Under the pieces are notes generated by a model that worked only from the letters and a program-made list of their open reading frames with translations, did not search any database and was not told where the DNA came from. Both the position numbers and the translations under genes were made by a program. Shown here piece by piece: positions 12,316 to 25,500 of a DNA stretch of 64,000 bases. Numbering within the stretch: the first letter of the stretch is position 1; every line of letters begins with the position of its first letter. The DNA is from Antedon mediterranea (Eukaryota > Animalia > Echinodermata), in the NCBI RefSeq assembly GCF_964355755.1, contig NC_092671.1, positions 8,246,001 to 8,310,000 on the forward strand. The letters are read 5' to 3'.

Positions 12316-13399
12316 CTGTGTGTTGAATCAAATTAATATTTTCATTCATTTATTCTTTTCGAAAAATAATTTTATTTTTTTCATATACATTATGTATGTT
12401 TATTGGCTCTGGAATAAATTTAGCAGTGTATACTTTGGGAAGCCACTTAAGAACATTAGTAGTAAATTTCATGTCAACATTTTGCATGGAAATTACTAAA
12501 TTGTGTGCGGACCTATATACCGAAGCATCAAAATAACACAGTGGGTCGGCCGATGTATGTGGAACATCTTCAAATACATGTTGGATAGCGCTATTTTTCA
12601 GACAACTCCTATTCCCAATGGATAGCCACAATCCTAAAGGATATTGATGAACATTATATCGCACAGGTGAACATGTTATCAAGAAGCAAGTGTCATGCAG
12701 TCAGACAATCGTGGGTGTCAAAAGACAATGGCAAATTAATGCTACATCTGTATGTAATAGAAATGGAGACAAAAAATAAATTGAACCTTATAATGTTAGG
12801 TTAATTAATATACAGTAAGCTATTGCATGGCACAATATAGTAGAGCTCAATATGTCTAATGATGATGACGCGTATTGAATATACAGTATATAAATAATAT
12901 TGCTAAACAATTGACCAATATATCGCGACACTGACAGGGTAAAATAAAGGTTTTCAACTGGCAATCAGATTGTGATTGGCCCAGTTACTTCTAAAAGTAA
13001 TTGCAGATTTCAACAACAATTAAACACACGGCATGTTGATAAGCACTTCACACTTGTTCATTAATATCAAAATTCTCCGTCACCAAAAAACACAAACCAT
13101 CCAACAGATACATTTATAATTAGGCCAAGTACAGTATAAGTTACAAATATTTAAATAATCTCCTATTTTTTTGCGTGTGAATCACTGACATTTGGTATAA
13201 AACATGTCTATTATAATAGTAATAACACATCAATTGCACGCAACCGTGAAAGTGATAATTCAATCACATGATTGTTCCAACATGTGTCGGGAATGGAACA
13301 TCAAACAAGTGTTTCTTTCTCCCTACCACAGTAAACAGTTGTTTAATTGTGCATCGATAATAGCCAATGTGACACTATTAAATATTCTCCTTTAATTAA

Positions 13400-13526
13400 A
13401 GCTTGGTTTAAAATAGGGTGAGTGCAACACAAGGATATACAGATACAGATCATCAAACTGTTAGCTGTGATTGGTCAAATTACTTGCATGTACTTTCTTT
13501 CTGTACACCCTATTGATAACCAAGAT
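13400..13526. mobile_element. Degenerate MITE family B relative
   Basis: AGCTTGGTT...TAGGGTG / CACCCTA...AACCAAGAT inverted ends; GCAACACAAGGA and TGTGATTGGTCAA core. Confidence 0.6.
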
Positions 13527-15088
13527 GTAATAAAATATGTGGTCAGTTTCAAAGATGTGGTTATAGAACAATAGAATTTATACAAGTTTGATACAATATT
13601 TGTCATTTGGCAGATGAATTAAAAACAACGAGAAAGGAAGGGATTGGAGGGTGGGGTTATATCAAATTGATTGTAGCGGCAGTGTAGTGTTTTTTTGTTT
13701 ACATTTTGGGTTAATTAACAAACTTTCGTTAAATAATTTAAAATAGCTTAAATAATATAATAAAGTATTTTCTACAAATGCAGTTATTTATGGACCTAAC
13801 TCTTTGTTCCCTATTTTCTGTACAGTAAGTTATAAGTATAAATTATATTGTATGGTATATTATTTTCTATTCTGTATGTAAAATATGTGTGATTTGAAAC
13901 ATTTTTTAAATAGTCTCAATAGTAAACTGATAAAATAAACTAGACTAATTTCAATTGGGCACCAAATTTGATCTCATTAAGATGAACACCAACTACACTC
14001 AACACAGAAACGCACAGCTGCTGTTGTTCAACACGCGAACCATATTCAGTGCCGCCAATAATATTTATCGTTTAATCTACGAAATGAAAGATAAGCTCTC
14101 AGTAAAATGTTGACCATGAGATTGAACATTTGCATGTTCCCAACTGAACCGAACGACTAGCAATCTTTCGAATCACGACTCTTTATGTTTTTTCGGCTAG
14201 GGTCACGGTAATTAGTTGGATTGATTTGAACAAAGGTGCTGACAGTTTTAATTAAAAGCAGGAAGCAAAATGTGTGAAATATCCTCCAGAGCGTCTTGTA
14301 CATTTACAAAGAAGGTGTCAAGTATTGCGATGTGATAATGAGAGATTTAACAGGGCACGAAAAACGTCAACAGAACTCTCGCAAACCCTACTCTAGCCTT
14401 GTTCACGAATTACTCATCATGCAAATTTATTAATATCACATTTTGTCCATGTCATTCTGTGAACTATAAATGACACCGAAAACTATGTTGTTTGTGGACA
14501 CATTATTGGTTTTTTTTTTACGATAACCCAATTTTTCGATAATATATGTTCATAAAAATGACAATTGCAATTCATTTAATAGATGCATAAGAGAATAATG
14601 TACTTTAAAATAATGTGGTATAAAACTAGGGGTGCATAAAAAACATTTTTTTTAATAACAAGGACACAGGAATTAACAGTTTTAATATTTCCTTCCATAT
14701 TAATAGAGATTAATTTAATAAAGCTTTTAATTACTAATGTTACACAGAGACAAACAACTATGAAATACAATTTAACCTATTATATTTCTAAATGAAAACA
14801 TTTCCGATGTAGATTAAAAACTAAATACGTTTAAATAGTCTAATAACTATACCGCTTCTTGCTGTAACAACAGGGAAAATGTATTAAAATGTATTGTAAT
14901 TTTCATGAAAAAGTATGGTGTTTATAGTTACTGTTGTTAAAGCTACAAAAAGCTTGTCGTGTGGGTGCCAACAGCTTAAGGCTGGATGAATATTTTAAGA
15001 AGAAGAAGAAGTTATAAATGTTATGAAATTATCTTGGTAAAATACAGAATACAAACACATCATTCAAACATACTGCTTCACATTTTAA

Positions 15089-15150
15089 AGCACTGTCTAC
15101 ACTATCAAATCAGTTTGATATGCCCAAATATGGTAGTGACATTTTTTGTC
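15089..15150. mobile_element. MITE family A fragment
   Basis: CTGTCTACACTATCAAA...GCCCAAATATGGTAGTG. Confidence 0.7.
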
Positions 15151-16076
15151 TTAAGTGATACTAATCACAGGATCACCATTTTTTTTCTAAATAGAAATCA
15201 GTTCAATCAGTATCCTCATTGCATAATACAAATAGTATTCTTATCATAATCATGTTTTTTTCGGCTACCCACTTTATTCTACCATGTTTGCCCTCAATAA
15301 AACCATTCATAAATATGACACTAGAACTAGAAATGACATTTAAATTCCCATCCAACTACTTTCAACACAGTATTATGGGCCACTCATGTATAAAAATGTA
15401 ACCCCTTAATTTCAAGTGCTTGTCACCCGCTACGCATTCTTCAAGAAAATTAAAGATCACTTTACTAAATCTTGGTCGTTGTTTCATGTCCTTTGACTTG
15501 CTAGTTTAATTTATTCTTTCATCATTTGCCTTTTTGTTATTCATTATTATGCTCAGAAGATGTACATTTATCTGCTCATCATTTTTAACTTATTTTTTCA
15601 AAATTTATCTACTGGTATAATCTTTTATTATTTTTATTTCTTTATTGTTTTTTTTTATGAAACACAAACAAATAAAATGAAAATGTGCAAATTGAAGTAC
15701 AGCCTACTGCAGCAACATTACTATCATGATCAATACATGTACTTTATCACATGAAACAACAGACAGTTTCACTTTCTAACTAATCTCAAAAGACTTTGAC
15801 AAAGATCAAGAAAGTATTTCAAGAGAAATTATTTTTCTTTTTTCACAAGAATGTAATCTTACACTTTATGCCTCTTTAGATTGTTGTGAAATTATGGAGA
15901 ACGATCGATATAATTGAAGGTTAATTATTATATGAAAGTGTACTTATGGAGAAGAAACGAAACAAGTGCTTGTACTATTGTTAGAGCCATTAATGATTAT
16001 TATGATGATTTTGATTAGATGGTAAAAGTAGTAGTTTAAAACTGATGGGACAAAAAGATGAACCACCAGTAACGAG

Positions 16077-16395
16077 AGTAAGTTAGAGGTAGAAGACTAA
16101 GAGGACAGCCAGAGATGAAATGTATGGTAAAGAGAGAAAGTTCTCAGAAACATTGGTTTGGAAGAATATGATGTGCAAGAAGTGGTGTAGCAGCCTGGAC
16201 TGATGATGAACATGCAGGAACTTCTAAGAAAAGATGAACCTCTAAAGAGAGTTTGGCATCAGAAGTTGGAGTAAGACTTAAGAGGACAGCCAACAATGAT
16301 GTGGACAAATATGGTAAAGAAAGAAAGCTTAAAAACCATTTTTGGATGAATATGATGTGCAAGACAAGAAGAAGTGGTGTAGCAGCCTGGACTGA
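16077..16395. repeat. Diverged purine-rich direct duplication (about 190-bp spacing)
   Basis: TAAGAGGACAGCCA and AAGAAGTGGTGTAGCAGCCTGGACTGA each occur twice. Confidence 0.8.
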
Positions 16396-16766
16396 GTGAC
16401 AGTCAGTAACCCTTTAGGGGGAGGGAGAAAATTGACTTAGAAAAGATGATGATGTGTGATGTCGGGCATAATGTGAGGGTTTACATCTTAATGTAGAATA
16501 GTTATGTAATTGCTTTGTCTTGGAAGAATGGCATTTGATACAGTGGCACACAACACAACAATGTTAGTTTAGACACAAGACCGGAAAAACAATAGAAAAT
16601 TCCTTGAATACATTATTGGAACTTTGGAAGGAACATTAGATGATCAGAAAACAGATTGTACAGAGGACCTAAGACACAAACATAACATGGTGTTCCATCC
16701 ACAAGTGAGATGCTGCTGTACAGCTAGAGTATATTTATAACAGTATGCAATTAAGTAGGCAATTAC

Positions 16767-16857
16767 CTGTGCAAAGTTCTGTTCAGATATTGGTACTTCG
16801 TCCCCTCTTAATGCTATTCTTGAAATAACGGTATTAGAATCACATTCCATCAAAATT
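16767..16857 (-). CDS. COPZ1: Coatomer zeta exon (ILMECDSNTVISRIALRGDEVPISEQNFAQ)
   Basis: Lies within ORF 16644..16907; ttttatag acceptor and GTAATT donor; 91 nt, phase 2 to 0. Confidence 0.96.
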
Positions 16858-19800
16858 CTATAAAATAAAAAAAATAAAAAAATTATTATAAATAATGTAA
16901 TATTCATGTACAGTAATTTTTTTTAAATTTTTTTTTTTTGTCGTAGTTTTTATTTTCCAAATTATAAATCAACTTCAATTCTAGCAAGATATACCAAACA
17001 CACTATAGGTGGGTCAAATCTAAAATCATCTGTCTTATATTGCTCTCCGCTACTGTAGGTCTAAATTTCATTACACAAACTGTTAAACTAACAAGCAAGA
17101 ATTTATGCAATTGTCAGACTATTTTGATTCATCATTATACATTTTTTCCTTTCCAAATACAAGTTGAAAAGTGAAAGCAAAATTTGAAAAAAAAGATATA
17201 TTTGAAAAAATGAAACTTGAAAAACATTTGACATTTTAATGACTATGACCTGTTACGAACTCAAATCGTGCTAGTTGTCATAGGGGCGGTGTTGTGAGCT
17301 CAGCTAAAATAACAAACCGCCCCGAAATATCAGATGAACTCTGAAAATCTTGATTGGCTAAATCATATATAAACCATGGATGTCGGTCTTAATCCGGTAA
17401 AATATCGCAAACAGCATGAACATGTCAGATTCAAATCCTAAACTGCACAACGCGGTTTAATCGCTCCAGCACATCTTGTCACCCTTTGACAAGCTTTTCC
17501 AGCTGTACGACATGAATGTATTAAGGATTATGACATTCGTCTAATCCTCGCACCCGATCATGATACGAAGCTGTCATGCAGCATGTTTCGCAAACGTAAT
17601 AACTTGGATTCACCCACACATCGAGGGGTTTATATCGGCAGGATCCAATGCAATTAAACGACAAATGTTCTAAGCCTGCTTTGAATGTCCGTCAAGTTTC
17701 GGCTAATGTGCACGACCTTGTGAGGTAATTCCTGCCTGAATTGTCACACTTCTGCAGGTTCATCTCTTTAGCCTACATTTAGTTTTAAATGTTGTTTCTT
17801 TATTTTGCAGTAATGCAAGAACATGAATACATACTTGTATTAAATCCTTCATGAGTCAATATTTATATTTGACTTCAACAGTTTATTAAAGAATAAAGAA
17901 GAAAATAAAGAAATAAAACCATAAATTATACACAAGTTATACATCCGAATATCAGAGTTAAATATCTAAATATTTTAATTTACAGTAGGCCTATTTATAA
18001 ATAACAAAATTGTTAATTTTACAATTACAACAAATGATAAATAATACATGAATAAAATAATAAAACATAATTATCTTATATTACAGTATATGAAACTATC
18101 TCAAAGAGCAGCAGTGGAATAGATATTAAAAACATATAGAAAGTTTTGTTGTGTTGAGCTAAAACCAAATTCATCCATCTGTAAAGAGGGTTGAGATGGG
18201 CACCCGTGTAACCACCTACTTTTCCGAAAGATCCCCATGAATGCACAGAAGCCAGATGTGCACACTTTACTATAATGTATAAACAGAAGAAATTTTAAGA
18301 ATTTCTAAAATTAATATTCAAATGTATAAACTAAATTGTCTGCTTTTCTGGATAATGAAGGTTAAAAGTATCTGACCCTAAACGAAGTGTAAAGTATGTT
18401 CTATGTTTAACTTTGCATTATGTATGCATGTAAAATGTCCCCAAAGAAAATTGTTTATTTTTGCATCCCAAGATTATGATGTAAGGTTAACAGAAGCTAA
18501 CCCTACACTAATGTGAGTCATCTTATAATGAAACGAAAAACTTACACAGTTTAAATTACTTTATATAAAATATAAAACTGAATGAAACAGTTTAATATCA
18601 TGCAAGATAAAATATAAATGTTACAAGTGAAATGAAACAAGTAAACATTTTTATTTTATTTATATCAAAAAATTGATAAAAATCAAGATGACCAACTGTC
18701 AGAAATGACCTCAACCGCTAACAAGCTTGTCACTTTTGCTGGCAGCACAACTGTCCTTATTTGACCAGAGGCTAGAAAAATTATTTGATTAAATCAAAAT
18801 CTACACGTAATGAATGAAGCAACTGTACGCTATGTGTTTAACATCGAGGAAACTGCTGAATAATTTGAATATTAATCGAAATTATAGCAGGTCAATTATT
18901 TTGCTACAACTACATATCTATCTGTTTTTATCTCATTTTTTTGAAAAATCATTATCATTCCTTGTGTTTTTTCATAAGTAGTGAATTATTAGTATAGTAA
19001 GGATCTGCTTTATGGCAGATTTCAAATGTAGTTTAAAACATTCCTAGTACAATTGCAATTGATATCTCTTGTTGTATAGAAGCAATAGCAAAAATGTCGT
19101 GAAGTAATTTCCCGATTGATCGTAATCAAAACGGTACTGGGTATGGTCTACTAGTTTTTCTGCTCCCATCCAGTACATCCATTCATAGAAGCCTTGATGA
19201 AGTAAGCCTACCTGGTGGTAACCATAGAACGGTCCCGAGATAACGACTATACTTCGGCTTTAGTCGATAGAAGATTGAACAAATTGTTAGAGATAGAGTA
19301 TACAATGTTTGATTATATGTGGATGTTTGATTTGTTCTTTTATTCTAATGATGTTCTGCATAAGGAAATGGAGATAGTAGTTGGGTATAATGATTTTTTA
19401 TATCAATTAATTAAATTATCGTATATTGTATATTATGCGATAAATATTATTTAATCAATTTCTGATATAATATTCTTAATTATGATAATATTAATAAAAA
19501 GATATTTGTTAGTATAAATTTTAAAAATATAGGGATAAGGAAGAAAAGCAAAGAGATTATAGAGCAGCTGTACCAGAAAATACTATACTAAGTATTGTAA
19601 AATTAATATATACTAAAACATTTAGGCGATCTTGTCAAAGGTCAAGCGCCTTCAGCCTGCCACGTTTCGATATCCCAATATTGAACTTGCGTTGTTTGTT
19701 AGATTCTATATTTTTGTGTTCCGTTTACTGTAACTGCTCCATTACTGCTCATCGGTGTAAATTGGCCTTAAGTAGGAAATTGGATCCAATATGGCATAAC

Positions 19801-20591
19801 ATTCAAATACATATATTATTATTTAACCTATTCCAATCATTTTGATATCTCATTTGTATGGATGAGTTAAGTAATACAAATTTGTATAACTGTATGTAAT
19901 ATGTAATATTTATAAAATGTACAAACAGAGAATGCATATTTTAGCAAATATTTTTTATTATCATTAGTGTATGTCCTTAGATTTTCATCATTTAAACTAT
20001 TCCTACAATTTCCATATACAATTTATTATTACAATTTTATTCTTATCCTAAAAAAAAAAGAATTTTTGTCACATAAAGATTTTTGTCACATAAAGATTTT
20101 TGTCACATTCAAATTGGGACATAATTAATTCATTCACTTCCGTTAATAAGAAAAGAAAGAAAAAATGTAACATAACATGCGGCAATTGCAAATACTAGGA
20201 GCCAAGAAAGCTAATCAGGATTACTTCATGTTATACGTCATTTTGTTTATCTTCACAGGGGAATGGAAATTAGTAATAAATGCACGGCCAATGAAGGAAG
20301 TTGTCACCATAAAAAAAATGTCAGATAACTTGACGGCAGACTATGATGAGGAAGAGGATACAGTGACAAAACAACACCCAATAAAAAAGTAAAAGACGAC
20401 GTAATTTTAAGTGTCTGAAATATGTTTGCTGCCCTCTGTAGTGTCAAAACCAAAGTTATTTTTTGTCCATGTATGAACTGACCATGCCATACAGTAGAAG
20501 CTTTACTCATTGACATTTGTCATTTGATACATTTCGTTTACAATATACATTAACACTTTTTTTTTTATATAAAAAGAGTTTCCAAACTTAC

Positions 20592-20669
20592 CCTCCATCA
20601 ACAATCTCATCAACTGCAAGGAATACTGAATCTAAATGTTCAAATAATGCTTTCTTTTCCACATTTTTT
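20592..20669 (-). CDS. COPZ1: Coatomer zeta exon ([26 protein letters not shown])
   Basis: atttcag acceptor and GTAAGT donor; 78 nt, phase 2 to 2; conserved DEIVDGG motif. Confidence 0.97.
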
Positions 20670-22502
20670 CTGAAATATAAAATATAAAATTTGTATTATG
20701 TATATCTTTTTACAAAATTGTTATGAGAATTTTAAATACTTCAACAATCAACGATATATTTAAGTGTGGTTTTATAAAATTATTAAAAGGCTAGCGTGCA
20801 CATAATTAATACTTATATAAAATGATAGAAATCAAAAGTGACATCAATTTTATAGGGTATATATTTGTAATTTTTACATTTCAATACAGAATATGCTCAA
20901 CCGCAATGTAACGCCAGATGAGAAAACATTCCAGTATAGGCATAACCATCTTTGAATATGAAAGATGGTTTTAGTTTTTTGAGGGGGAAGAGGGTTTCAC
21001 TACAACTGGAACTTCTATATCAGGCAAGAACGATATAGAACAATTGCCAGGCAAGTACTAAATCTAGCCATGTTACTATTATAATGGATGTACATTTGAA
21101 TCATATCAATGAACTGGGTTCAAACAATTCCCTACGTAACTGACAGACAGCCCATATGGGGATGGTTTCCTATCAACCAATGCATGCCTTGGAGAATTTC
21201 CAACTGGACCTCGTTACATGATCATTTATTATAACAGAAAAATAAATGTATATACATTCATAGATACGTTTTATGAAATTTATTTCTAAAAATAAACACA
21301 ATTACAAACAAACTTTGACGAAACAGATTTAGATAATAAACGAGTTGGTCTTTTTTCCCCCTTTAACTGACACTTTTGAGTGCATTATAAAAAGCAGGGA
21401 CGTGTCCAGTCACATGCTTACAATTTCCTCCAAAGAACAATTTAAAGTTTATAAGTTTGATGGACAAAGCATATGGACTTCAAATAAATGCAAAGAGACA
21501 TTAATAGCTTGTTTTACAAGGTTTAGATCATACACTGTGTAAATCATATCCGAAATATGCTAATCATATGTTTTATCAAACATAATTTTATGTTTTTAGT
21601 TAATAATTTCATATTACGGTATTATCTACCAAGAAAAAAAAAATTGACATGTCTATAATAGTTTAGTTGTAAAGTATAATTGTATCAGTGAGTCTATTGT
21701 TAAAAATAGATTGCCTGATCATTTCAACAAATTGTAAATGATGTCGATTTTAGTTTTCCCCAAAATACTAGGTCATATTCACCAATTTTGAAAAGTTCTT
21801 AATTCGAATGAGTTCTTATAGAAATCTGGGTTTCACTAATAATAAGTAGAAAATAAGAACTAAACAAAGAGAAATTATGTTGCTAAACATCAGACAAAAT
21901 CTGATTAAACCAGTATTAAGAATAAACCCCCATTCAGACTATACACTGTCCAAACTTTCAACATTACTCATAGTTATCAATATAATCTCCACATGACTCA
22001 GAATCTGAGATGGCATCTAAAAAAAACTGGACATATTGAGAGACATCACTGGACATTATCCAGGCCGTACAAAAACATTGTGCTAGCATTTCCCTTCAGC
22101 CACCTTTAGCCTCAGCAATTTACATTACGCCTTAGGCAAATTTAACTTCTAATCACTTTTGACAAATATTGATAACAGAGTTTCCTTCAAGTAAATTATT
22201 TCTTCCAGTCTCTGGTGGTTTTCATGCTTTACAAAATATATTATATGATATTAAATTAATACTGTGCATAACACAATAATAAAATATTTTTTAGAATTTT
22301 TATAAATTTTGGCAAACCATGTGAATGTGATATTACTACCACCATTATTTGAAATTTGATTGCCAAAAAAGTAAAAAAAAAGATAAACAGTAATTTATAT
22401 TTTAAATGTTTGATAGTTCCTTAATTTAACTTAAAGCTGCCACTATGAATTTCATATTAATGTACATGAAAGAGAGAAGTACTGTACTAAACTTTACAAC
22501 AG

Positions 22503-22590
22503 TGGAACTGTAGCTTGGTAGTTAACGTGCTTGCCTTGCGATCCGAAGGTTCGGAGTTCAAACTTGACCTAGTGCCAGGCTTGTAACTCT
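22503..22590 (+). mobile_element. Degenerate tRNA-SINE head
   Basis: TGTAGCTTGGTAGTTAACGTGCTTGCC...GGAGTTCAAAC, A/B-box-like. Confidence 0.5.
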
Positions 22591-25500
22591 TTCAACTCCA
22601 CTCCCTAAGCATCAAATGAGACTTTGTTTATATTATAAGCATGATAAATTATAAAATAGTTTCCACCCTTTAATTGGTGAGTTTGTGCTTGAAAAATAAT
22701 TTCTCTGTTTCTTCATTGCTTCTGAAATGTTTTATTAAAAAAAATATTCTATCCGTCATTTCTTTTCAAACTATCACTTTGATGGTATGTACCAAACGAA
22801 GATGATTCAATAAAAACTCTGGCTTCTTACAAACTCTTTGCGATGAGTATGTGTCTGCCTATTTCACTTTCTGGCATTAATTAATAGATAAATCTTTTAA
22901 TTTGATTGCAATAAGATTCGGTGAATGACCACCTCAGACTTTCATAATCCTCCCCAACCCACTTCTGGGGAAGTGTATGTACACAAGGCACGGCAGCGTT
23001 AAACAGAACATATATCCTTTATTTATGATGATCCTTCCCTTTTGATTTTTTCTTTCCTGTCTCTGGACATTATAAACAAATTAGTTTTACTTGTATTACA
23101 CATTTTTTATATGTTTGTCTTGATCTTGAGAATTGAGTTTTACTTTTAACAGTTAAATTGGCGAAACTTATTGTATACTGTACGTCATTACATGAGGCTA
23201 TCTGTTAGCCTATATAGTTCCCCCTAAAAACTGGGGAAAAATGTGTTGAATATGCTTCTTTTTTTTTTTAATATTGTGTAATAATTTTTAAAAATTCTTA
23301 CAGTTTATTTTGTCTTGTTTTTTTTTTTGTTTTTTTTGAAAAAGTAATAAAACTACAAAATGTTTAATTTTTATTAATCCATTTTTTACATGTTTTAGGG
23401 GAACAATATTTGCTTTAATTATTAAAAAAAAATTCTTTAAGAAGAAGAAGACAATAATTCAAACTATTATGATGGCAACTGATCATAATAATTATAAAAT
23501 AAATAAATTATAATTAATAAATAACAAAGATAAAAAATATTTTTAGACCATTTACAGAATGATGATTACAATGATGATAAAAAAGGACAAATAGTGAAAT
23601 TTGTATTGGTGACGTACTAGTAATAAGTATAATGACAGCGATGATGATAATGATGGTCGTGACAGTATATAATAACCATCATTACCAAAATAACCATAAT
23701 TTTACAATCTAATTAATAACACTATATTAAAGACTCATGTACATGAGACAGACGAAGGTCAAAAAAGTCCAAAAGTCAACTTTTTGGCATATCCTTTTGA
23801 CCCAGTGCCAAAAATAAGTAGTTGTACCCCTATGCGTTACCAGAATGAATGGAGAAAATAAGTGAATGACAAAGCTTTTTTTCAGAGGAAAAATCTGGGT
23901 CAACAAATCGACTATCAATTGATTGAATTAAAAGTTATTGAAATCGTTGGGTTTGTACCAATAAGTAACTGAGTGTCCAATTACAAAGTGATACCAGAGT
24001 GACTGCTTAATTTTCAAAAAATCATGGTTAGATTGGTCATACGAGAATAAGTCAAATGATGATTAAAATCAAATTCAACTTGTTCAAAAACAATTAAATT
24101 GATAACTGGTTCGAACCACTTAGCACATGATGAGGTATAAAAGAAAATTAATTATTATTATTATTATTATTTAAACCATAAATTTGCCAAAAATGCCTAC
24201 ACCTATCATTATTTAGCTCATTTTAGTTTTGTATAAACTTTTACTATACTATTATTATTAAGCATAAATAAATAAATAATAAATAAATACAATTGTGATT
24301 CTAATAAATTATTTTATTTTAAAAACTTGTGAGGAACACTATTATGGAAATGCTGCCATAAAAAAAAGTAAAGAATAAAATATAAGGAAGATATAGAAGA
24401 AATAGAACAAAACAATTAATAATCAACAAGCCTAATTGTTAATCACAATAAATATATTTACAGTACGATTATAATTATAAATATAATTCCATTTTATTTG
24501 AAAAAGAATACCCAATGAAAAGAGGAATGTGTGTCACTTTTGGCTGCCTAATCCTACAACAAGTACTGCTGAGTAATGAAACACCACAGTGCTGTATAAA
24601 AAGTACAGAAATCAATCAAACAAGTTCAAACAAATGTATAAATTAATTCACCTACTTAACCAATTAGTGTTAACTCCTAAAAACTTGTACAACTTGTTGT
24701 AAAGTATAAAATTGAAATGAACTTTAATGATTAGCTCAAAATAAAAAGGAAAAAGGAGTATCAACAGAATAGTGCAAATTCATTTCCATCCTCACCAGCT
24801 ATGTATCAAAGATGACCAGAGTAGTGGACACAGGAAGTGGGATTAACCACGGTCAGTGAAGAAAAATGGAGAATGACAAGCTTATAATTGATGTCCCAGT
24901 AAGCAAAGAAAAACAGAGAGTTATAATGTATACACTTTAGCAAAGCTTTTTTAAAATTTAATTTCCACCAACTTTAAATTAATAGATAATAAACTGCATA
25001 ATTTTAACTGAAATCTTGATGAAAACGATCAATTTGTTCTTTCTTTTCTTCACATAAGAGAATGGCTAAAGGGAAAAGGGAAAAGATGCTCTTCTTCAAA
25101 CAGCGCAAGTTTTGTTTATTCGTTTTTAAGGAGAAACAGTACAATTTTTGGCTTAGTGCTATTATATAACATAAGATAGAAAATATTACGAAAGTTTACA
25201 ATTAACAACTACGCAACTTTCAACAATTCACAAGCATCATTTCAACAAGTGATCTTTTAATAATATTTGACAATGTTTATATTGCGACAAACAACCTGGG
25301 AAGTATTTGTCAACAGCTAACTATCCTAACTGAAGGATGTTACATTACATGTAATGCCAATTGGGAGGTAGTTGGACCCAAGGTATATCTTTTACTTGTA
25401 TTATGTGTTAATTCACTTTCGTAGCAAACACCTTATCCACCTTTCCAGCATCTTGGGATATGTTTCATTCTGTAATTCGGACTTCCTTTTTCATGTTTTG

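Noticed and set aside
18219-18270. Possible minus-strand cassette exon
   Set aside because: About 50 nt, not frame-preserving, and no similarity to zeta-COP.
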